Positions 34,940 to 44,835 of a stretch of 64,000 nt of DNA are shown piece after piece; position 1 is the stretch's first letter; each line of letters begins with the position of its first letter. The position numbers were made by a program, and so were the translations under genes. Under the pieces are notes generated by a model, which did no database searches, had not been told where the DNA came from, and worked only from the letters and a program-made list of their open reading frames with translations. The stretch is from an uncultured delta proteobacterium (lineage in GTDB: Bacteria; Myxococcota_A; Polyangia; Polyangiales; JAFGIB01), in the NCBI GenBank assembly GCA_963778655.1, contig CAVZVA010000010.1, forward strand, positions 1,712,426 through 1,776,425. Direction: 5' to 3'.

Positions 34940-35485
34940 TCATCTGGGCAGCTTGGCGTCGAAAAATGCGCGCAGCTTGACCAGATTCTTTTCCTCGCGG
35001 GAGAAGCTGGGCGCGGCATAGCTTTGGGCGAAGCCGCGAAGATCGGACAGAAACGCCGACTGGATCTGAGCCGCGTGCAGGACGTCCTGCACCGAGCGGC
35101 CCCGCGCAGAGGTCTTGCGCAGCCCGGTCACGTAGGCGTCGAGCCGAGGGAATTCCGCGCCCAGAAATCCGCGCACGGTCGCGGCCTCCTCCGCCAGCTG
35201 GTTGAGGACGCGCAGCTGCTCGGCGCCGAGCTGCGAGACGTCCTCGCGCATCGCGTGCTCGGCCGCTACCCGCAGCACGAACGCGTCGTCGAGATAGCCG
35301 ATATCGTCGATGCCGTCGGGCACCAGGTCGAGCGACTTGAACAGGTAATTCACGCCTCCGGCCAGTGCCTGGCGCCCGGGCTCCGGCAGCTCCTCGCTCG
35401 ACAGCAGCTTTGCCAGGCTCTCCGCGTCGTCGCCCAGGCTGCGCAGCCAGGCGGGGAAGACGTCGAGGTACTGCGACTCGCTCAT
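34940..35485 (-). CDS. DUF1232/YkvA-like protein
   Basis: YLFKSLDLVPDGIDDIGYLDDAFVL motif; strong GGAGG RBS. Confidence 0.8.
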   Translation of the reverse strand: MSESQYLDVFPAWLRSLGDDAESLAKLLSSEELPEPGRQALAGGVNYLFKSLDLVPDGIDDIGYLDDAFVLRVAAEHAMREDVSQLGAEQLRVLNQLAEEAATVRGFLGAEFPRLDAYVTGLRKTSARGRSVQDVLHAAQIQSAFLSDLRGFAQSYAAPSFSREEKNLVKLRAFFDAKLPR

Positions 35486-35676
35486 CGGACCTCCCTGTGC
35501 GGCGTTTCACGCCCGCCGCTCCGAGCCCGTGCCCACGGCCGGGCTCGCGCTCAGGGCCGGCATGATAGGCGCAGCCCCGCCGCGGGTTCAAGAGCAGGGG
35601 CATCCCACTGGTAAAGGCCAGGAAGCGTCCGGGAAGAAGCGTCCGGGAAATGCACGAACATCGCGCACGAGCTGAT

Positions 35677-35867
35677 CTAAATCAGAGCTCGCGATTCGGG
35701 ATCGAATCACAAACTCTGATTTCTCCTTTGATTGTCAGGGAGTCGCGCCGACTCCTGTGCGCGAGGCAAAGCCTCGCGCATTCACCCTCTCGCGGTGGTG
35801 CGGCATCGGCCGCAGCGCTAAATGACCGATCGGCATGGCCGTTCCCGAATCGTGATCGGTCATCTAG
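35677..35867. mobile_element. About 191-bp non-coding MITE/REPIN-like element, family C copy 1
   Basis: Near-identical to 43199-43390; imperfect 28-bp terminal inverted repeats; CTAA...CTAG ends; five hairpins. Confidence 0.8.
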
Positions 35868-35878
35868 AGTGGACCCGC

Positions 35879-37072
35879 ATGTCGTTTCTGCGTCGTGTCC
35901 GTGCCCGTGCTCGCGCGCTGCCAGCAGTCGGCTGCGCGTTGCTGGCCTGGGGCTGCGGCGGTGCGGTGGCGACGGAGCCGGCGGCAACGCCTGCAGCTGC
36001 GGGCGCGCCGGCTGCCCGCCCGCGCTTCGTGTCGCCGTACAGCTACGAGTGGTTCGTGCGTGCGGAGTTGCTCGAAGCCCGCGGCCAGCACGCCGCAGCG
36101 GCCGAGGCCTACCGCATGGCCATGGCCGACGCAGACGACGACCCCTACCTGTTCGCGCGGCTGGCGTTGGCGCTGGATGGGGCCGGCGACGCCGCCGGCG
36201 CGCAGCACGCGCTTGCGGCGGGCTTGCAGCTCGACCCGCATTCGGAAGCGGTGTGGCTGGCGCGCGCCCGCATCGCGCGGCGGCACGGCGCGCTGGCCCG
36301 GGCGTTCGAGGCCTACGAGCGCGCCGAGACCGCGGCCCCGCGCTCGCCCGATGCGCCGCTCGAGCTGGCCCAGCTGCTGCGCGAGCACAGCCAGCCCGAG
36401 CGCGCGGTCGCCGTGCTCGAGCGCTTCGCGGCGCGCAGCGATGCCGGCAGCCGCGCCGCGCTGCAGGCGTCGATCGCGCTGGCCCTGGCGCGCGGCGACG
36501 GCGAGGCCCTCGCCGGTGCGGTGCGCCAGGACCTGGCGCGCGACGCCGGGGACGCGCCGCTGCTGCGCCGCACCGCCGCCGAGCTGCTTGCACAGGGCAG
36601 GGCCGCGCTGGCGTCCAGGGTGCTCTCGGTGCTGCCGGCCGCGCCCGAGGACGCACGCCTGCGGCTGGCGGTCGCGCTCGCGCTGGAGCAGCGCGAGCGC
36701 GTGGAGCTGCTGCTGCGCGACACGCCGCCCGAAGCCCTCGGCGGCCCGCTCGAGATGGCCGAGGCCTACCTGCGCATCGGCCAACCACAGCGCGCGCTGG
36801 CGCTGCTCGAGGAGGCGGACGGCACGAGCGACTCCGACCCGCACCGCGGTGCGCTGTTGCGGGGCAGGGCGCTGGTCGCGCTGGGGCGGCCGGCCGAGGC
36901 CGCCGCGGCGCTCGCGCAGATCCCGCGCGGCTCCGCGTACCATGCGCGCGCGGTGCGGGCGCTAGCGCAGGCGCTGCAGGTCGCGGGCCTGCCCGCGCTC
37001 GCGCTCGAGGTCGAGGGCCGCGCCCGCACGGACGAGGCAGGCCATCCAGCCGAGGCGCCGCCGGCTCAGTGA
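35879..37072 (+). CDS. TPR-repeat lipoprotein
   Basis: Lipobox-like LAWGC; multiple TPR-like helical repeats. Confidence 0.75.
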   Translation: MSFLRRVRARARALPAVGCALLAWGCGGAVATEPAATPAAAGAPAARPRFVSPYSYEWFVRAELLEARGQHAAAAEAYRMAMADADDDPYLFARLALALDGAGDAAGAQHALAAGLQLDPHSEAVWLARARIARRHGALARAFEAYERAETAAPRSPDAPLELAQLLREHSQPERAVAVLERFAARSDAGSRAALQASIALALARGDGEALAGAVRQDLARDAGDAPLLRRTAAELLAQGRAALASRVLSVLPAAPEDARLRLAVALALEQRERVELLLRDTPPEALGGPLEMAEAYLRIGQPQRALALLEEADGTSDSDPHRGALLRGRALVALGRPAEAAAALAQIPRGSAYHARAVRALAQALQVAGLPALALEVEGRARTDEAGHPAEAPPAQ

Positions 37073-37308
37073 GCCGGGCCGGTGCCGCTCGATTCCGGGG
37101 CCGGGTCCGTGGTCAGCGACTGGGGCGCGAGCAAGCGCGCCACTTCGACCAGCAGGTGCTTGCGGGGCGCGATCGGCGTCCAGCCGTCGTGCTCGAGTTG
37201 CTCCAGAGTCTGCAGGCCGAGCAGCAACGCTGGACAACCACGCAGCCGCAGCGGGCCCGCCTTTCGCGACGCCGCCCCGCCCCGTCCCCGGCGCGTGACC
37301 CCACGCAT
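37066..37308 (-). CDS. Possible small hypothetical protein (80 aa)
   Basis: ATG at 37308 with AGGAG just upstream; fills an otherwise empty gap; no recognisable domain. Confidence 0.35.
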   Translation of the reverse strand: MRGVTRRGRGGAASRKAGPLRLRGCPALLLGLQTLEQLEHDGWTPIAPRKHLLVEVARLLAPQSLTTDPAPESSGTGPAH

Positions 37309-37424
37309 CGGACTCTCCTGTCCCGGGCGCGCGGTCGTAGCGCCGCCCGTTGGGATCAACGATGTCGGCTCGGGGAGCATTCCCTGGCCCGGACGAATGG
37401 CCGCGAAGGCCCGTGGGTGCTCCT

Positions 37425-40097
37425 TCAGTGCGGGGTCGATTGGAACGGCGCCTGGCAGGGCTGCGGGTCGGCGATCCAAGCGCTTTCGAGCTGATCGAGC
37501 AGCGGATTGTGGATCAGCGTCCCGAGCGGCGGCATCTGGACCGGGTTGCCCGAGGAGTCCACGCCCACCACGTCGCGCACGTAAAGCAGCGAGTTGGCTT
37601 TGTCCCCCGGAATGATCTTGGTGCACAGGTTGCTGTCGACGTCAGTGGCCGAATAGGTCGGGATCTCGTACCGCGCGTCCCAATACAGGGCGGTCCCGTG
37701 GTGACAACTGGAGCAATTCGAGTGCAGGTAGCTGCGTAGCCGACGCTCCAGCGGATAGGTGGTGTCCTCCGGGTCCGGCATCACGTGCGCGGAGCCCAGA
37801 TCCTGCGCGGCGAAGGTGTCGCCGAACAGACCGAGGTGCTCCATGGCCCGCAGCTGGTTGTCGACCGTGCCGCCGTACTCGAAGTTGCGGTTGAGCATGA
37901 CCGTCTGCGGGCCGAGCACCGTGCCGGGCGTCTGGTGGCACTGCAGGCAGTCGCTGCGGCTCGGGTAGAAATAGGTCTGCGTGGTCGAGGTGCCGGTCTC
38001 GTCTTCGATCTGGAAGGTAAAGGTGTTCTGGGCCGGCTTGGCCGGTCGCAGCACCGCCTCGGTCGCGTCCTGGTTCCACTGGAAGCTGTAGCGGTCCCAG
38101 TTGCCCGTATTGCGCACCACCAGGAAGCGCGTCTCCACCGGACGCAACGTGCTGGCGTCGCCGCGCTTGGCCTCGAGCTGGAACTCCTTGAGCACGATCG
38201 TGCCCTCGGGGAAGGTCCAGATGCCCGGATCGCGATAAGTGATGGTCGTGCCCGGCGGCAGCATGAAGAAACGGCGTTTGATTGCGCCGTCGGTCCACAG
38301 CGGCGACTTCACGTCGAACGGCACGAAGCCGGCCACGGGGTTGCGCCCGACGCTATCGGTGAAGCAGCCGGTGTCGGTCAGCTTGGAGCCGTCGGCCGGC
38401 ACCGTCGCAAGACAGTCCGCGTCGTAGCTGCGCGTGGGCAGGCCGTAGGGCGCGCGGTCGCTCGGGCCGTTGTACACGTTGACGTAGGCCTGGCTCGGAC
38501 CGCCGCCCGCGGGGGTTTCGAGCCAGCCGACCACCGGCTCGTCGCCTGCGGTGCGCACCAGGCTGGGCGAGCTGGAGTCCGAGCCGGGCGTGCGCGCCAG
38601 CGAGGCCCCCAGCGGTTGGAAGCGCGTGCCATCGTAGCGCTCCAGGTAGACGTGGGCGTTCGCGGCCCCGAACGGGGTCTCGCGAAACGCCGCCAGCCAG
38701 GCCCCGCCGGCTGCCCCGACCACGATGCGGTCGGCCGCGTGCGCACTGTTCAGGAAGGCCATGTCGTGGCTCAGGGCTTGCCAACCGCTGCCGTCCCAGT
38801 GCGTGCTGCCCTCGCCCTGCGCGCTGAGCAGCACGTCGCTGCCCGAGGCCGTGCCCACAGCGAAATCGGCGCTCGGCGAGGGCAGCGCGGGATTGCTATC
38901 GAGCGGCGTGAAGGCGCTGCCGTCGAAGCGCAGCACGTGGACCCCGGGGCTGCTGCCGTGGGTGTCGTAGGCCAGCACGATCGCGCCGCCCGGGTCGGTC
39001 GCGTGGCGCAACCCTTGCAGGTCGTCGAGGGTGTACGGACCCAGATCCTGGAACGCGCTGTCGTGCCAGGCGTAGGCGCGCAGCACGGGGATCGGTCCGC
39101 TGGCAACGTCGTCGAAGACCACCACCGGCTCGCCCGCGGCGTTGCTGCCGAGCGCGGGCGCGTAGCTGCCGCCGCCATCGTCGTTGGGGCCGGGGCCGAG
39201 CGCCTGCCAGGCGCTGCCGTCCCAGCGCTGCACCACCACCGCGCCGCCGCTCGTGCGAAACGCGCTCAGCGGCTCGCCGTCCGCGCCCACCGCGAGCGAG
39301 ATGCTGGGGCCGGAGCCGGCGGTGACGAGCGCAGCCGTCGCATCGAGCTGGCCGCCGAGGGCTTGCCACGTGCCGCCGTCGAAGCGCGAGGCGAACAGCG
39401 CGCCGTCCTCCACGAACAGCGCGAGCACCCGGCCCATGTCGTCGAGGGCCAGCGCGAGCTCGCTGACCGAGCTGCCGGCCGAGCGGTTGAGCGCGTCGCC
39501 CAGCGTGCGCCAGACCGGCATCGAGAACGCGATCTCGACCGGCGCGAGCGGATTGCCCGCGAGGTCGGCCAGCGTCGAGGTCAGCTGCAAGCGCAACGCC
39601 GCCGGCAGCGAGGGCGGGTCGAGCAGGTGGACCGTCAGCTCGCGGCCGTCCGCGCTCGGCACGAGCTCGATCGCCAGCTCGTCGCCGGTGTTGTCGTCGA
39701 GCAAGTGCACCGCGCCGTCTGGGGCCGTGACCGGCTCGGAGAAGGTCAGCAAAGGCTCGGTGTCCCAGCGCACGGCGTCGTCGCCGTCAGCCGGCGTGCT
39801 GGACACCAGCTTCGGGGGCGTGTGGTCCGGCGGTCCGCTGTCCATGACCATGGCCGCGTCCGGCCCGGCCTCCGGCGAGCCCGCGTCCGGTCCGGCGTCG
39901 GACATCCCCGTCATCGGCTTGCCCGCGTCCGGCGCCGCGGCGTCGGCACCAGCGCCGCCCCCGTGCTGCCCGGCATCGCTGCGCGACCCCGCGTCGTGTC
40001 CCGGCTTCGTCGCCGACCCGCTTCCACAGCCGGCGCTCAGCGCGCAGCACAGCGCCGCAACCTTCCAGCATCGTCGCGGTCGCAGCAGGTCGTTCAT
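37425..40097 (-). CDS. Large lipoprotein: Ig-like domain, WDG-repeat propeller-like region, C-terminal diheme cytochrome c domain (SO2930-like)
   Basis: Lipobox LSAGC; PPKLVSSTPADG...FSEPV Ig-like domain; repeated WDGSxWQAL; SPLWTDGAIKRR...FPEGTIVLKEF; CLQCH and CSSCH; MPP axial-ligand candidate. Confidence 0.85.
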   Translation of the reverse strand: MNDLLRPRRCWKVAALCCALSAGCGSGSATKPGHDAGSRSDAGQHGGGAGADAAAPDAGKPMTGMSDAGPDAGSPEAGPDAAMVMDSGPPDHTPPKLVSSTPADGDDAVRWDTEPLLTFSEPVTAPDGAVHLLDDNTGDELAIELVPSADGRELTVHLLDPPSLPAALRLQLTSTLADLAGNPLAPVEIAFSMPVWRTLGDALNRSAGSSVSELALALDDMGRVLALFVEDGALFASRFDGGTWQALGGQLDATAALVTAGSGPSISLAVGADGEPLSAFRTSGGAVVVQRWDGSAWQALGPGPNDDGGGSYAPALGSNAAGEPVVVFDDVASGPIPVLRAYAWHDSAFQDLGPYTLDDLQGLRHATDPGGAIVLAYDTHGSSPGVHVLRFDGSAFTPLDSNPALPSPSADFAVGTASGSDVLLSAQGEGSTHWDGSGWQALSHDMAFLNSAHAADRIVVGAAGGAWLAAFRETPFGAANAHVYLERYDGTRFQPLGASLARTPGSDSSSPSLVRTAGDEPVVGWLETPAGGGPSQAYVNVYNGPSDRAPYGLPTRSYDADCLATVPADGSKLTDTGCFTDSVGRNPVAGFVPFDVKSPLWTDGAIKRRFFMLPPGTTITYRDPGIWTFPEGTIVLKEFQLEAKRGDASTLRPVETRFLVVRNTGNWDRYSFQWNQDATEAVLRPAKPAQNTFTFQIEDETGTSTTQTYFYPSRSDCLQCHQTPGTVLGPQTVMLNRNFEYGGTVDNQLRAMEHLGLFGDTFAAQDLGSAHVMPDPEDTTYPLERRLRSYLHSNCSSCHHGTALYWDARYEIPTYSATDVDSNLCTKIIPGDKANSLLYVRDVVGVDSSGNPVQMPPLGTLIHNPLLDQLESAWIADPQPCQAPFQSTPH

Positions 40098-40204
40098 CGC
40101 GTCACCCCATCGTCTCTATCACCGCCTGTGGTCTATCACGGCTTCGCGGGCATCGGGCGAAGGCGAGTGGGTCGCCTTCGCCCGAGCCGCTTCGGGTCGT
40201 CGAA

Positions 40205-41632
40205 TCAGGGGATCGTGCCCTCGGCCACTACCGTGGAGTCGGTGGGGCTCGCCATCACCTGGATCTTGCCGCCGCTCAGGCTGGCCAGGGCCGCGTAGTC
40301 GGTGTCGTTGCTCGGCGCGGAGCCCGAGGCGCCGTTGCCGCTGCTGTCGCCGGTGACCGAGGTCAGGGTCGTCACCAGCTCAGGCGTGGTGTCGTTGACG
40401 ACCACCGGGTACGTCGCGCCGTCGGTGAGCCCGCTGAGCGTGACCACGACCACGGGGCTGTCGATGGTGGCGCCCGACTTGATCGAGTGCACGTTGTGGA
40501 TCTCGGCGGTGCCGCTGATGCCCGAGGACCCGACTGCGTTCAGCGTGACGGTCACCGGTGTGCTGCTGGTGTCGTCGTAATCGTTCATTCCAATCGGGCC
40601 GGTCGCGACCATGTTGCCCGCGTTGCCCCCGGTCCCGCCCACGTGCATCATCACGTGCGCGTCGGACATCACGATGTCGCTGAAGGTGAGCGGGTCGTTG
40701 GTGGTGTTCACGCGGATGTCGCTCACCGACATGTCCGTGGTCTTGGAGACGTCATTGAAGGCGAAGATCTCGGTGGTCGCTCCGCTCGCGCCCGTGTGCA
40801 TGTGCGCAGGCGAGTCGTTCGCGAGGGCCATGGTGCTCGGCGTCACGTCGATGGTCGCCTGCGACAGGCCGTCCTTGCGCTCTTCGAAGGTGATGGTGCC
40901 GTTGATGCCCGAGCCGGTCGCCATCTCCATGAGGTCGTAGGTGACCTTGTTGCCGGTCAGCGCGTTCTGGCCGATGTCGCCTGCTGCGATCACCGTGGAG
41001 ATCTCCATCGGGCTCTTGTGGACGTTGACGTAGCCGTCGAAGTTGAGCAGGTCCTCGTAGGTGACGGCCGTCGTGTGATCGTTGAGCGTGGTCACGACCG
41101 TGTCGCTGACTCCCGTGATGCCGTCGATGCTGTTGAGCGTGATCGCGGGCGATCCGCCCTGGGCCGCCGAGTTGTTGTGGATGTGGGAGGGATGGATTCC
41201 GGCAACGAGCCCGTCCAGCGCCACCGTCACCAGCGTGGAGTCATCCATGAACTTGGCGAAGCGCACGATGCCGTTCACGCCTGAACCGCCGGTCTCGCTC
41301 AGGTCGTAGACCACGTAGTCGCCGGTGAGCTGGGTGCGGTCGATGATGCCGCTCGGGCCAGCATCCCCCATCGCGCCCATCGCACCGGGGTCACCCATGG
41401 CGCCCATCGGGCCTGTGGCTCCGGTATCACCCTTGGGGCCGGCCGCTCCGGTCGCCCCTTTGGCGCCGTCTGCGCCGTTGGTGCCCTTGGGACCCGTGGC
41501 CCCGTCCGCACCATTGTCGCCAGGTGTGCCGTCCTTGCCGTCTGCGCCGTTCTTGCCGCTGCAGCCGGCTGCAGTAACGGCCAGCGCGGACAGCACGCAG
41601 AGTAAGCCAAGCGTTGCGCGTGCGTTTCTCAT
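40205..41632 (-). CDS. Lipoprotein with collagen-like stalk and three CHRD-like repeats
   Basis: Lipobox AAGC; uninterrupted Gly-X-Y run; repeats beginning SGVNG/SGING/SGISG, with HPSHIH...VNVH and PAHMH...MMH. Confidence 0.8.
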   Translation of the reverse strand: MRNARATLGLLCVLSALAVTAAGCSGKNGADGKDGTPGDNGADGATGPKGTNGADGAKGATGAAGPKGDTGATGPMGAMGDPGAMGAMGDAGPSGIIDRTQLTGDYVVYDLSETGGSGVNGIVRFAKFMDDSTLVTVALDGLVAGIHPSHIHNNSAAQGGSPAITLNSIDGITGVSDTVVTTLNDHTTAVTYEDLLNFDGYVNVHKSPMEISTVIAAGDIGQNALTGNKVTYDLMEMATGSGINGTITFEERKDGLSQATIDVTPSTMALANDSPAHMHTGASGATTEIFAFNDVSKTTDMSVSDIRVNTTNDPLTFSDIVMSDAHVMMHVGGTGGNAGNMVATGPIGMNDYDDTSSTPVTVTLNAVGSSGISGTAEIHNVHSIKSGATIDSPVVVVTLSGLTDGATYPVVVNDTTPELVTTLTSVTGDSSGNGASGSAPSNDTDYAALASLSGGKIQVMASPTDSTVVAEGTIP

Positions 41633-41809
41633 CGTCTCGTTCTCCGTGATTGGGCGAGCCTCCGGCCTGCGCTCATCTCGGCGGCGCGGCAGGCATCCGA
41701 CCCCTGGTTTGATGCAGGGCAATACACCCTGAGCCCACCATCCCGCAATGGTCTGCGTTACACGCGCGTCACACGTGTCGGATGTTGGGCGACCTCGCCG
41801 GTGCCGGCC

Positions 41810-43180
41810 TCAGCGGCCCGCGAGCGTCATCGAGCGTACCCGAAACGTGGGTACACAGACCGAGGTGCGGTGATCGAGATCGTCGGCCACCGCGTCGATA
41901 CGCTTGAGCAAATCGTCGAGGTTCAGCGAGATGGTGACCTCGCTCACGGGGAACGCGCGCTCGCCCTTGTCGATCAAGAATCCGGCCGCGCCGCGGCTGA
42001 AGTCGCCGGTGACCGCATTGAAGCCGAATCCCATCATGTCGGTCACATACAGCGCGCGCTCGGTGCCGCGCAGCAATTGCTCGGGGCTCAGGCTGCCCGG
42101 CTGCAGGAAGAAGTTGCTGGTGGACGCGCCCACGCCACCGCTCGAGCCGCGCGAGGCGCTGGCGCTGCTCTGCGCGTGCAGCTTGCGCGCGCTGTAGCTG
42201 TCGAGCAGGAAGCGCTCGAGCTTGCCCGCATGGACCACCAGGTTGCGGCGCGACAGCAGGCCCTCGCCGTCGAATGCCCGTGAGCCGGGCGCGCGTGGGA
42301 TCAGCGGGTCGTCGACCACGGTGACCTGATCGCTGGCCACCAGGTCGCCCTCGCGCTCGGCCAGATAGCTGGCCTTGCGCCACACCGCGCCGCCGGTGAT
42401 GCAGCTGGCCAACAGGCCGAGGATCGAGCGTCCCGCGCTGGGGTCGAAGATCACGGCGATTTCCTGGGTCTCGAGCTTGCGCGAGCCGAGCTTGGCCAGG
42501 GTGCGGCGCGCGGCTTCCTCGCCCACCGCCTCCGGGCTTTCCAGCTCGGCCAGGTGGCGGCGCGCGCTCCAGTAGTAGCCGCTGCGCTTCTTGCCGTCCT
42601 CGTCGTCGGCTACCGGGTTGACCACCAGCGAGGCGTAGGTCCCGCGCTGCGCGGCCGCGAAGCCGCCGCTGGTGACCAGCGCGCTGGCGCCGGACTGGCG
42701 GCTCATCGAGGCGCCTTCGCTGTTGGTCAGACGCGGGTCGCGATCGAGCGCGGCCTTCTCTGCCCGGGTGGCCATCTGCAGCGCGCGCGCGCCGTCGATA
42801 GCGTCGACCGCCGGGTCGAACAGGTCGAGGTCGGCGTGCTGCGCGGGCTTGGACAGCAGCGCCTTATCGGGCGGGCCCGCGAACGGGTCGGGCTGCGCCA
42901 GCGCCGCCAGCTCGAGCGCGTCCTGCACCAGGCGCTGCAGGCCCGCCGAGCTCGTGTCGCTGGTATAGGTGACGGCCACCTGCTGGCCACGCATCACGCG
43001 CAGCCCCAGCGAGCGCGAGCCCGCTTCTTCCAGCAGCTCGGGCTGGCCGAGCCGCACCTTGGCCGAGAGGTGCCGGCCCTCGCTGGCGACCGCTTCGGCC
43101 ACGTCCGCGCCCGCGGCACGCGCCTTGTCGGCGACATCGCCTGCCAGCGCGATCAGAGCGTCGAGATCGTAGTCAGCCAC
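41810..43180 (-). CDS. pmbA: TldE/PmbA family protein
   Basis: SRAFDGEG, GFGFNAVTGDFSRGAAG; downstream of tldD. Confidence 0.92.
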   Translation of the reverse strand: MADYDLDALIALAGDVADKARAAGADVAEAVASEGRHLSAKVRLGQPELLEEAGSRSLGLRVMRGQQVAVTYTSDTSSAGLQRLVQDALELAALAQPDPFAGPPDKALLSKPAQHADLDLFDPAVDAIDGARALQMATRAEKAALDRDPRLTNSEGASMSRQSGASALVTSGGFAAAQRGTYASLVVNPVADDEDGKKRSGYYWSARRHLAELESPEAVGEEAARRTLAKLGSRKLETQEIAVIFDPSAGRSILGLLASCITGGAVWRKASYLAEREGDLVASDQVTVVDDPLIPRAPGSRAFDGEGLLSRRNLVVHAGKLERFLLDSYSARKLHAQSSASASRGSSGGVGASTSNFFLQPGSLSPEQLLRGTERALYVTDMMGFGFNAVTGDFSRGAAGFLIDKGERAFPVSEVTISLNLDDLLKRIDAVADDLDHRTSVCVPTFRVRSMTLAGR

Positions 43181-43198
43181 GTGTGGAAACCCGCTGCT

Positions 43199-43390
43199 CC
43201 AAATCAGAGCTCGCGATTCGGGATCGAATCACAAACTCTGATTTCTCCTTTGATTGTCAGGGAGTCGCGCCGACTCCCTGTGCGCGAGGCAAAGCCTCGC
43301 GCATTGACCCTCTCGCGGTGGTGCGGCATCAGCCGCACCGCTAAATGACCGATCGGCACGGCCGTTCCCGAATCGTGATCGGTCATTTAG
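43199..43390. mobile_element. About 192-bp non-coding MITE/REPIN-like element, family C copy 2
   Basis: Same orientation as copy 1, about 7 differences; between tldD and pmbA; its terminal TTAG contains the tldD stop codon. Confidence 0.8.
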
Positions 43391-44835
43391 CCCGCCTGCG
43401 TTCCACCGACCGTGACCGCCGAGATCTTGATCGTGGGACAGCCCACACCCACCGGCACCGACTGCCCGTCCTTGCCGCAGGTCCAGATGCCGTCCGAGGT
43501 CTCGAGGTCGTTGCCCAGCATGGTGATGCGGCGCATCACCTCCGGGCCGTTGCCGATCAGGTTCACGCCCTTGAGCGGCGCGGTGATCTTGCCGTGCTCG
43601 ATCAGGTAGCTTTCGGTCAGCGAGAACACGAAGTCGCCGTTGGAGATGTCGACCTGGCCGCCGCCGAACTTCTTGGCGTACACGCCGCGCTCGACGCTGC
43701 GCAGGATCTCCTCCGGGTCGTGCGGGCCTGCCAGCAGCATGGTGTTGGTCATGCGCGGCATCGGGTGCGCCTGGAAGCTCTCGCGCCGGCCGTTGCCGGA
43801 CGGCTCGGTCTTGAAGAACCCCGCCGAGTGCCGGTCGTGCATGTAGCCGGCGAGGATGCCGTTCTCGATCAGCACCGCGCGCCGCGGCTCGTTGCCTTCG
43901 TCATCGACGTTGATGCTGCCGCGCGAGCCGCCCAGCGTGGCGTCGTCGACCACCGTACACAGCTCGCTCGCCACTTCTTGCCCCACGCGGCCGGTGTAGT
44001 TGCTGGTGCCCTTGCGGTTGAAGTCCGCCTCCAGGCCGTGGCCCACCGCCTCGTGCAGCAGAATGCCGCTGTCGCCGGGTGCGAGCACCACCGGCAGCTC
44101 GCCGGCAGGCGATTCGCGTGCGTCGAGCATCGCCAGCGCGTGGCGCACCGCCTCGTTGGCGTGCCACTCGGGCGAGCGTTGCTCGAAGTACGATAGCCCG
44201 GTGCGCCCGCCGCCGCCGGAGCTGCCCGACTGGCGCTTGGATCCGTCCTGCGCGATCACGCGCACGCCGAAGCGGATCAGCGGCTGGCGATCGCCCACCA
44301 GCTTGCCGTCGCTGGTGGCTATCAGGATCTCCCGCAGCTCCTCGTGCAGCGAAGCTTCGACCCGGATGATGCGCGGGTCGAGCGCGCGCGCGGCGGCGTC
44401 CGCGCGCAACAGCAGCGCGCGCTTGACCTCGCCCTGCACGTCGAGCGAGGCCTGCGAAAGCGCATAGCGCTGCGGCAAATCGCGCGGCCGCAGCTCGACC
44501 GGTGGCGGGCTGCCCTGGCCGCCGGCGGCGATCTGCGCGGCGGTGCGGGCCGCGCCCGCCATCGCCTCGGGGGTCAGATCCTGCACGTAGGCGTAGCCGG
44601 TGGCGTCGCCCTTCATCACGCGCACCCCCAGGCCCATCGTCACCGAGCGCCCGGCCGAGATCAGAATGCCCTCCTCGAGCGCATAGCTGCCCGAGGCGGC
44701 GTACTCGAAGAACAGGTCCGCGTAGTCCCCGCCCTGCGACAGCGCGGTCGCGAGCAGCCGCCGCGCGATCGCCGCGTCGACCGGCATGCCGCCGCCCGCC
44801 GCAAACGGTGCCACGTAACGAGAGGTCGAGAGCAT
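43387..44835 (-). CDS. tldD: Metalloprotease TldD
   Basis: LLHEAVGHGLEADFNRKG, PMPRMTNT, CGKDGQSVPVGVG. Confidence 0.95.
   Translation of the reverse strand: MLSTSRYVAPFAAGGGMPVDAAIARRLLATALSQGGDYADLFFEYAASGSYALEEGILISAGRSVTMGLGVRVMKGDATGYAYVQDLTPEAMAGAARTAAQIAAGGQGSPPPVELRPRDLPQRYALSQASLDVQGEVKRALLLRADAAARALDPRIIRVEASLHEELREILIATSDGKLVGDRQPLIRFGVRVIAQDGSKRQSGSSGGGGRTGLSYFEQRSPEWHANEAVRHALAMLDARESPAGELPVVLAPGDSGILLHEAVGHGLEADFNRKGTSNYTGRVGQEVASELCTVVDDATLGGSRGSINVDDEGNEPRRAVLIENGILAGYMHDRHSAGFFKTEPSGNGRRESFQAHPMPRMTNTMLLAGPHDPEEILRSVERGVYAKKFGGGQVDISNGDFVFSLTESYLIEHGKITAPLKGVNLIGNGPEVMRRITMLGNDLETSDGIWTCGKDGQSVPVGVGCPTIKISAVTVGGTQAG

Noticed and set aside
35677..43390. Composite transposon bounded by the two element C copies
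   Set aside because: The enclosed segment includes pmbA, whose partner tldD lies just outside; there is no transposase and no flanking duplication. Independent insertions are simpler.
41810..44835. RiPP cluster around tldD/pmbA
   Set aside because: No precursor peptide, YcaO or transporter nearby; a housekeeping TldDE pair is sufficient explanation.
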